Part shown: piece by piece, positions 57,476-64,000 of the stretch
How the letters are laid out: every line of letters starts with the position of its first letter
How positions within the stretch are numbered: the stretch's first letter is position 1
Assembly: GCA_033763315.1 (NCBI GenBank)
Contig: JANRKS010000032.1
Location: forward strand, 224,001 to 288,000
Source: Deltaproteobacteria bacterium
GTDB lineage: Bacteria > Myxococcota_A > Polyangia > Fen-1088
Length of the DNA stretch: 64,000 nt
Reading direction: 5' to 3'
The notes under the pieces: model-generated
Told to the model about the DNA's origin: nothing
Database searches by the model: none
Seen by the model: the letters and a program-made list of their open reading frames with translations, nothing else
Position numbers and translations under genes: made by a program

Positions 57476-58782
57476 GGCGGCGCCGCCTTGGCACCCGGCA
57501 TGGGCGCAAGCCCTGAGGTCGCGCTGGCCTTGCCGTCGCGCCCGCCTTGGCCGGCCGGCAGCTTCTCGGGATCACGCAACGCCAGCCGTGTGCCCACAGG
57601 CGGCCCTTGTTCCAACACCAACCGACCGACGGTTCCCGGGCCCAGCTTCACGGGCACACGTTCAAATTTGTTGTTGCCCACTTCCTTCCACACAACGTTT
57701 TCCCCGTCGCGTTCGAACACGGCCTGGCGTGGCACCACCACCGCTTTGTTCCGGTTCTCAAGGAAGATGCGCACCTTCACACTTTGCCCGGGCTTTAAAC
57801 CTGCTGGCAGTCCTTCTGCGCTGATGCGCGCTGTGAAGTATTGCGTGGGCACGTCTGGATGAAGCGGTTTGGGGAACGGTTCAACGGAAGACACTTTGGC
57901 CTTATATGTGATGCCTGGCTGCGATTCGACCACAAGTTCAGCGTCCTTGCCCACCGCCAACCCGCCGGCGTCGGCCTCAAGCACGAACACTTCGGCTTCC
58001 ATGCGGTCACTCGTGGCCACCTCGGCGATGCGCATGCCGGGCCACACCATATCGCCCTTGCGCAAGATGCGGTCGCCGTAACGATCCACCACGAAGATGC
58101 CCGCGCCAGCCGCGCGCACTTCAAGAGAGGCCAGCGATTTCTTCGCGTCCTCGGCTTGTTCCATCGCCTTGCGGCGATCCACACCCAACACTTCCAACTG
58201 CCGCCCCGAGACCTTTTGCTCCATCACTTTGGCATCAGCGGCGTGCTTCAGACGATTGTCGTAGAGCTTTTCGTCAAGCTGCGATTCGATCACTTCGTTG
58301 CGGGGAAAAAAGCGCTGATCTTTGACGCCCAACTCTTTGGTGCGCGCCAGCTCTTCCTTGGTGACGGTGGCTGTCAAATCGCGATCGTTCACCTTGGATG
58401 CAGCGTTGACGCGCTCCTTTTCAAGCGCGCGTTCGGCCTTTGTGCGATCGGCTTGGTTGCTTTTGACCCGCAGCAGCTCTTCGGCGTCGTCAAACCGCAG
58501 CAGCACGTCGCCTTTGGCCACCTTCGCACCGTCATCCGCCATCCACGCAATCACGCGGGGGCGCCGCTGCCCCCGCGGCGAAGTGATCGGCGTTGAATCC
58601 ACAGGCTTTAGATACCCATTCGCTTCAGCCACGCGCAGAAACGGTGCCTCAACGACGGGTGCGGTGGGCACATCGCCGTGCGTGAGCTCTTGCTGCTTTA
58701 ACGACAGCACAAGTCGGTTGGCGCCAAACGCGGCGGCGCTCAACACCAACCCCAGCGCAAGCCAGAACCCGAACCTCTTCAT
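57472..58782 (-). CDS. Efflux periplasmic adaptor (MFP) 3
   Basis: N-terminal TM; DGAKVAKGDVLLRFD, coiled coil, VLEADAGGL, LKPGQSV and VVPRQAV. Confidence 0.88.
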   Translation of the reverse strand: MKRFGFWLALGLVLSAAAFGANRLVLSLKQQELTHGDVPTAPVVEAPFLRVAEANGYLKPVDSTPITSPRGQRRPRVIAWMADDGAKVAKGDVLLRFDDAEELLRVKSNQADRTKAERALEKERVNAASKVNDRDLTATVTKEELARTKELGVKDQRFFPRNEVIESQLDEKLYDNRLKHAADAKVMEQKVSGRQLEVLGVDRRKAMEQAEDAKKSLASLEVRAAGAGIFVVDRYGDRILRKGDMVWPGMRIAEVATSDRMEAEVFVLEADAGGLAVGKDAELVVESQPGITYKAKVSSVEPFPKPLHPDVPTQYFTARISAEGLPAGLKPGQSVKVRIFLENRNKAVVVPRQAVFERDGENVVWKEVGNNKFERVPVKLGPGTVGRLVLEQGPPVGTRLALRDPEKLPAGQGGRDGKASATSGLAPMPGAKAAPP

Positions 58783-59960
58783 GGCGCCTGGCTTCCCATG
58801 TCGGCAGTGGCCACTTCGTCGTCCGGGCGTAAGCCAGCCAAAACTTCTACGTTTGTTTTGCCGTTCGCACCCAACTTCACAGGCACCATCTCAAAACCCG
58901 TGGTGGTTTTACGGAACACCACGGGCCCCGATGGCCGGTGAAAGATCGTGTTCATCGGCGTAATCACCACGTTCGCCTTCTTCTCTATCTCCACCACACC
59001 GCGGAACTGCATCGCGGGGCGCATGGCGATGGGATCAAGTTCGTCCAGTTCGATGTCGATGTGCACCACCTTGAGCGGCGTCTTTGGGGATTGACGGTAT
59101 ACGCTGCGGCCGATTTCGGTGATCTTGCCGCGCCACTCACGTTCAGGGTGTGCCTCCAAATGCAGGCGCACCACTTGGCCCACCGACACGCGTGCTGCGT
59201 CCATCTCGTCGACTTCACCCGACGCCTTCAGTTTCGAAACGTCGGCCACCTCCAAGCACCCTTCCGTGGCCCAGCACGGATCGCCCACCTTCTTTTTTAC
59301 GCCTCGCCAGTCCGTGCGGTAGATCGCCAACCCATTGATTGAGCTTTTAACAGTGAGCGAATCAAGCGCGCTTTGCACTTCGCTGAGGCGTGTTTGCGCG
59401 CGGGCGCGTTTTTCGCCCAAGAAGTTTAGATCCGCTTTGCCCAGTTGATCGGCGTACGTCAGGCGATCTTGGGCACCCTTGAGTTCAGCGCGTGCTGCCT
59501 CCACATCAAGCTGCGCCAATTTCATGGCCACGGCTGATGTGTAGCGCGGTGGCAGATCAGCCTTGAGTTCTGCTTTGCGCAGCGCCGCCTCCGCTTCGGC
59601 AACTTTGAGTTCATTGTCTCGGTGGGCGAGCGCCAACTCTTCGCGTTTGCGTGCGATCTCCTTGACCGCCACATCAAGTTCCGAACGGCGATCCACAAGG
59701 CGCCGCTCAAGCTCCGACCCATCCAGCACAAGCGCCACATCGCCCTTCTTCACTTCGGAACCTTCGGGCGCCATACGCACGATGTTGAAGTTCCACATGC
59801 CCGGAGAAGACGGGGGACTCAGATACACCGACTCAAGCGCCGCCAAGGTGCCACGGGTCTCAACTTCCACACGCAAATCCGATCGCGTGACGGTGACCGT
59901 GGGCGTGGGCAGATCGGCGCCACAAGCCACCAACACCAAGCACAGCGCCAACCGTTTCAC
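58779..59960 (-). CDS. Efflux periplasmic adaptor (MFP) 2, lipoprotein
   Basis: Lipobox LVAC; EGSEVKKGDV, VDEMDAARVSVGQ, MRPAMQF and VKLG. Confidence 0.88.
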   Translation of the reverse strand: MKRLALCLVLVACGADLPTPTVTVTRSDLRVEVETRGTLAALESVYLSPPSSPGMWNFNIVRMAPEGSEVKKGDVALVLDGSELERRLVDRRSELDVAVKEIARKREELALAHRDNELKVAEAEAALRKAELKADLPPRYTSAVAMKLAQLDVEAARAELKGAQDRLTYADQLGKADLNFLGEKRARAQTRLSEVQSALDSLTVKSSINGLAIYRTDWRGVKKKVGDPCWATEGCLEVADVSKLKASGEVDEMDAARVSVGQVVRLHLEAHPEREWRGKITEIGRSVYRQSPKTPLKVVHIDIELDELDPIAMRPAMQFRGVVEIEKKANVVITPMNTIFHRPSGPVVFRKTTTGFEMVPVKLGANGKTNVEVLAGLRPDDEVATADMGSQAP

Positions 59961-61210
59961 GAAGCACCCGCCGGTGTGATGGCCGCGAGTGCTGTGTTGG
60001 GTGCCAGACCCTTATCCACCACGCATACCGAAGCGTTGCACGCCGAAACGCTGATGTCGCGCGTTTGACCTTGCGCCGTCGTGACCGTGGTTTTGCCCTC
60101 GACCAAACGCAACGCCGTCCGCGGCACCAGCGTGACGTCTTTGAGCTTCGACGCGATCACCTCCACACGCGCAGAGAGGCCGGGCCGCAGTTGCTTGTCG
60201 ATCGCGCCTTCCAAAACCAACCCCACCTCGAACACGCGACGCAATGATTTTTCCATCGGCTCGCGTGCGACGGTGGATACAGTGTCCACCCGCGCCGCGA
60301 ACAATTTTCCCGGGAATGTGTCCACGATCACTTCGGCTGACATGCCCGGCACCACGCGGCGATCGTCCACATCCGAAAGATACGCCTTTACACGAATTTG
60401 ATTCAGGTCCGGCATGCGCACGATTGTCATGCCCATGAACACCTCGTCGCCCACCTGCAGCGGCCGGCCTTCGGGGTGATCGCCCACCAACGCCATGCCA
60501 TCAATGGGCGCGCGCAGTTGCAGTCGTTGCAGCCCGGCCTCCACCACCGCCAGCTCTTGCTTCGCTTTGTCCAGCGCCACCTGTTGGATCTGCCGATCAA
60601 GCGCTGACGTGCGCTGTTGGTTGATAAGCGCGGCTTGTGCGCGTTGCAGATCGGTTTCCGCTTTCGTGAGCGCCAGCTTGGCTTCAAGCACATCTCGCTT
60701 TGAAAACAGGCCAACCGGCATATCTGCGTTCAAACGCGCCTTCTCCACGGCGATGCGCTTGCGTTCCATATCAAGCGTCTTTTCGCTCACAAGCAGCGCG
60801 GCCTGCGACAATTGTCGTTGCAGCTCGGTTTCGGCCTGCGACACTTGGATCGTCTTCTGCTGCAGATCGTTGGCGAACGTCGAATTGTCGAGTTCGGCGA
60901 CCAAATCGCCCTTCTTCACCATCGCGCCATTGGCGGCCAACCAACGCAACGGCGCGCGCCCGCGATCCACTTGCGGCACCTTGAGCTCCGCCGCCGCGAT
61001 GGCGTCAATTTCACCCGTCAGCAGTACACGTTGCTCGAATTCACCTTGCTCGCTGCGCAGGCCAAGGGGATCTTGCGCGCCCACAGCCTGTTTGCCTTTG
61101 TCCCCATGTGGGCCACAGCCAACGGCGAGGCACGCGCACGCGCAGACGATCGTCATCCGCGCGTACCGTCCGCGCGAAAGTGTACGAATGAAAACGCCGC
61201 TCAAGTTCAC
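59957..61210 (-). CDS. Efflux periplasmic adaptor (MFP) 1, lipoprotein
   Basis: Lipobox AVGC; NGAMVKKGDLVAELD, LRAPIDG, LRPGLSARV and LVPRTAL. Confidence 0.88.
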   Translation of the reverse strand: MNLSGVFIRTLSRGRYARMTIVCACACLAVGCGPHGDKGKQAVGAQDPLGLRSEQGEFEQRVLLTGEIDAIAAAELKVPQVDRGRAPLRWLAANGAMVKKGDLVAELDNSTFANDLQQKTIQVSQAETELQRQLSQAALLVSEKTLDMERKRIAVEKARLNADMPVGLFSKRDVLEAKLALTKAETDLQRAQAALINQQRTSALDRQIQQVALDKAKQELAVVEAGLQRLQLRAPIDGMALVGDHPEGRPLQVGDEVFMGMTIVRMPDLNQIRVKAYLSDVDDRRVVPGMSAEVIVDTFPGKLFAARVDTVSTVAREPMEKSLRRVFEVGLVLEGAIDKQLRPGLSARVEVIASKLKDVTLVPRTALRLVEGKTTVTTAQGQTRDISVSACNASVCVVDKGLAPNTALAAITPAGAS

Positions 61211-61367
61211 CGCATCATTGTAACCGGTGCCTGCGGATGCGCCCGCGCGACCAAGCGTTTCGTGTGGTGCATCCCACGGAACTTCATCGCTTCACCTTGC
61301 TTTGACACCAAACGCGCGCTTTGCTTCAAGCTTGGACGTTCAACGTCCGAAAAGGTTTTTGTGGTGC

Positions 61368-62087
61368 ATGCCCGATACGACGACGGCCCAGCCGATAGTT
61401 CAAATCTCTGATGTGTCGAAGGTGTATGGCTCGGGCGGCACGCCTGTTTATGCGTTGCGCAGCGTCAGCCTTCGCATTGAGGTGGGGCAAATGGTTGCCA
61501 TCATGGGCGCCTCGGGCTCGGGCAAGTCAACATTGTTGAACCTGCTTGGCACTTTGGATCAGCCCACCGATGGTCGTTACCTGCTTGATGGGCACGACGT
61601 GCGCACGATGGACGATCGATCGCTCGCCAAGTTCCGAAACCGCAAGATAGGTTTTGTGTTTCAGTCCTTTAATCTTTTGCCTCGATACAACGCGATCGAG
61701 AACGTGGAACTGCCCTTGCGGTACGCGAACGTCCCACGCGCCGAGCGCCGGACGCGCGCCGAAGCGGCGTTGCGCAGCGTAGGCCTTGAGGAACGCATGC
61801 ACCACTTGCCGAACCAAATGTCCGGCGGCCAGCAGCAGCGCGTGTCGATTGCGCGCGCTTTGGTCCAAGATCCCGTTTTGCTCTTGGCCGATGAACCCAC
61901 GGGCGCGCTCGACAGCCAGACCACGGATCAAATCATGGCCTTGTTTCAAGATCTGCACGCGGCAGGCAAAACCATCGTACTTGTCACGCACGAGCCCGAA
62001 GTGGCCGAGTACGCCGAGCGCGTGATTCGGTTCAAGGACGGTCGCGTGATGAGTGATGAACTTAGGCGCCCGCGCGCCCGCGCTTGA
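61368..62087 (+). CDS. ABC transporter ATP-binding protein (MacB/LolD type)
   Basis: [44 protein letters not shown] and VTHE. Confidence 0.95.
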   Translation: MPDTTTAQPIVQISDVSKVYGSGGTPVYALRSVSLRIEVGQMVAIMGASGSGKSTLLNLLGTLDQPTDGRYLLDGHDVRTMDDRSLAKFRNRKIGFVFQSFNLLPRYNAIENVELPLRYANVPRAERRTRAEAALRSVGLEERMHHLPNQMSGGQQQRVSIARALVQDPVLLLADEPTGALDSQTTDQIMALFQDLHAAGKTIVLVTHEPEVAEYAERVIRFKDGRVMSDELRRPRARA

Positions 62088-62613
62088 GCTGCCGGTTCTC
62101 AACCGCGTCGCGCACGTAAGGCTCTTTGTCACGCGAAAGGCGCGCCAACGCTGTTTCGCTGGTGTTCGGGTGCGCCGCCACCAAGGCCCGCACGCGGGGA
62201 TACGCGCTGCTTGCAAGTTCGTCGAGCCGTGCCGTGGTGGTGCTGGGCGCTTCGGCTTGGGCCAAGCTTTCGTCCAGCTCATCGGCCACCTCGGCTTGGC
62301 GGGCCGACGTTTCTTTGTCCAGGAACTTGGCGAACCGATCGCGCGTGGCCGCCCATGCCGACGCCAACGCTTCATCAACGCTCCGTGGTCCCGCGGCTTG
62401 CGAAAGCTTCGTCAAAGTGTTCGCGGCGTCGTCTTCATCAAGCTGCAACGTGAAGGCTTCCGCTTTGGTTACAGACACAGGTGGAGCTTTCGCACCCGCC
62501 AACAAAGCGCGCAGCGCGATGAATGCGGTTGAACGCTGCGTGGCGGCCGCCACTTGCGCCAACTCTTTGGCAACGTCTGCAGGCAGTCTGATTTTCAGAT
62601 CACGCTTGCCCAT
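62062..62613 (-). CDS. Hypothetical protein: ribbon-helix-helix-like N-terminus + LRV/HEAT-like C-terminus
   Basis: LKIRLPADVAKELAQVA..RS pattern; C-terminal VRALVAAHPNT..LARLSRD..YVRDAV. Confidence 0.6.
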   Translation of the reverse strand: MGKRDLKIRLPADVAKELAQVAAATQRSTAFIALRALLAGAKAPPVSVTKAEAFTLQLDEDDAANTLTKLSQAAGPRSVDEALASAWAATRDRFAKFLDKETSARQAEVADELDESLAQAEAPSTTTARLDELASSAYPRVRALVAAHPNTSETALARLSRDKEPYVRDAVENRQLKRGRAGA

Positions 62614-62616
62614 CGC

Positions 62617-63105
62617 TTAACCCACGTACGTGACTGTCCACTCGCGGGCTTCACCTTTGACGGTGATCTCAAGTGTGTCGCCCACACGTTTGCCGAGCAC
62701 CGCTTGGCCGACGGGGCTTTTGGGTGTGACCACAGAGAGGAAGCCATCGCCGCCGGGCCCGGTCAGTTCCACGCCGGCACCCACGGGAGCCAAGAAGAAC
62801 GTGCGTCCTTGATCCCCATCTTCCACTTCAACGATCGCCCCTAAGGCGATCGCCGCGTTCGCCGCAAAATCGGGCGGCCGAAACGTTTCCAGCACCGAAA
62901 GCTCAGCGGCCGCGCGCTGCGCACGTTCGGCCTGCCCGCGCGCCAAACTCGAATACTCCATGTGGACGCGCGCGTCCTCACGTTTTTCGGCCGGGCTTGC
63001 GCCTTCGCGCGCCTCGTCTGCCGCGGCTTGTCCCGCTTTGCGCGCCACGGCCGCCGTTTCACGCAGCCGATCCATGAGCTGTTCGACCAGGAACCGCTTG
63101 TCCAT
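62617..63105 (-). CDS. GreA/GreB family transcription elongation factor-like protein
   Basis: N-terminal coiled coil; IALGAIVEVE..FFLAPVGAG..VVTPKSPVGQAVLGKRVGD. Confidence 0.87.
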   Translation of the reverse strand: MDKRFLVEQLMDRLRETAAVARKAGQAAADEAREGASPAEKREDARVHMEYSSLARGQAERAQRAAAELSVLETFRPPDFAANAAIALGAIVEVEDGDQGRTFFLAPVGAGVELTGPGGDGFLSVVTPKSPVGQAVLGKRVGDTLEITVKGEAREWTVTYVG

Positions 63106-63166
63106 AACCGCCAGCCTACCGGGGGCGCCTGGGCCAAGCAAAAAAGCCACCTGCCTTGCGTCAGCG

Positions 63167-64000
63167 TCAGCGGTGCAGAAGCTGTTTGGCGCGCTCTTGT
63201 ATCGGTTTGCCACCGTGCCGAAAGGCGTTCTCAAGCGCCGCTCGATCGTCGGGTTCCGCGCTTGTGGCCAAGCAATCGAGCAATTCCACACTATCCTCCA
63301 TGGCCACAGGCTCCTGGGCAAACTTGCGCGCCGCCCGCAGCACTTCGGGTGGTATCGGCTCGTTCCCGGGGCGCTGGCACAAACGTGCAGCGGCCGCCGA
63401 TTCCACGATCGCCGCGTCGTCATCCAGGCGCGCCCGCACCACGGCCATGGTCGCAGGATCGCCCGCCACAAGATTCACCGCCGCGCGACGAATCTCGGGA
63501 GCAGGGTCAACCAGAAGATCGGCGGGCGGCGCCGCGCATGTGCGCCGGGTGGTGGCCAACGCTTCGAGCGCCGCAAGCCGCGTCTCCAAAGGCCGTGCAG
63601 GGGCGCTGGCCACGGATACGAACCCCTGGCAAATGCCACGCACAGCCGTGGTGGGCACGTCCCAAGAATGCGGCTGCTCGGGCTGGCGCCCATCCAAGAG
63701 CACGGCCATCGTGCGTGCCACCTTGGCCACGTTGTCTTGCTGTGCAGGCTCGGTCACCCATAACCATGGGGCCAGCACAGGCAACCAGGCCACCGCGCCC
63801 ACTTGCGCCGGCAACACCGCCAGCGCCACCTCCAAATGGTTGGGAGATTCGCGCGAAAGCGCCGCTTGCCAGTCGGCCGACGTCAACCACGCCGCCAACC
63901 GCTGCGCTTCACCGTGATCGCCGCGCTTCCAGGCCGCTTGCACGTCGTGCCACGATCCCAGCAACCGGCCCGTTGCGGGATCGGTGGGTAACGCCTTGGC
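63167..64000 (-). CDS. HEAT-repeat-like protein, 5' end possibly outside the window
   Basis: LLVDPAPEIRRAAV and RLDDDAAIVESAAA repeats. Confidence 0.6.
   Translation of the reverse strand, partial: AKALPTDPATGRLLGSWHDVQAAWKRGDHGEAQRLAAWLTSADWQAALSRESPNHLEVALAVLPAQVGAVAWLPVLAPWLWVTEPAQQDNVAKVARTMAVLLDGRQPEQPHSWDVPTTAVRGICQGFVSVASAPARPLETRLAALEALATTRRTCAAPPADLLVDPAPEIRRAAVNLVAGDPATMAVVRARLDDDAAIVESAAAARLCQRPGNEPIPPEVLRAARKFAQEPVAMEDSVELLDCLATSAEPDDRAALENAFRHGGKPIQERAKQLLHR

Overview
GC-rich bacterial chromosome segment, most likely from a Myxococcota (Polyangia-like) organism. That assignment is inferred from the many Gly/Thr-linker lipoproteins, Cys-rich lipoproteins, a 2615-aa AgmK-like TPR protein and a stand-alone PilZ-like protein. 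Housekeeping genes include sucB (5'-truncated), smpB, galK, recQ, an acyl-CoA carboxylase beta subunit, a beta-CASP RNase and a GreA/B-like factor. Two MacAB-type ABC systems are present, one with three tandem adaptors and a divergent ATPase. Other genes include glycoside hydrolases (GH27, GH116, GH5-like), an M16 peptidase and a RelE/ParE toxin-antitoxin pair with possible integron-cassette scars. The most striking block is 38288-44669, three co-oriented predicted lipoproteins: an animal-type protein-arginine deiminase (PADI fold, all four catalytic residues present), an unknown protein with a Cys-rich C-terminus, and a periplasmic-binding-protein/legumain (C13) fusion. A second, window-wide signal is that many operon-leading genes have a TANNNT -10 box only 5-7 nt before the start codon, suggesting widespread leaderless mRNAs. 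No rRNA, tRNA, CRISPR array, transposase or integrase was seen. All calls come from motif recognition by eye; no searches were run.
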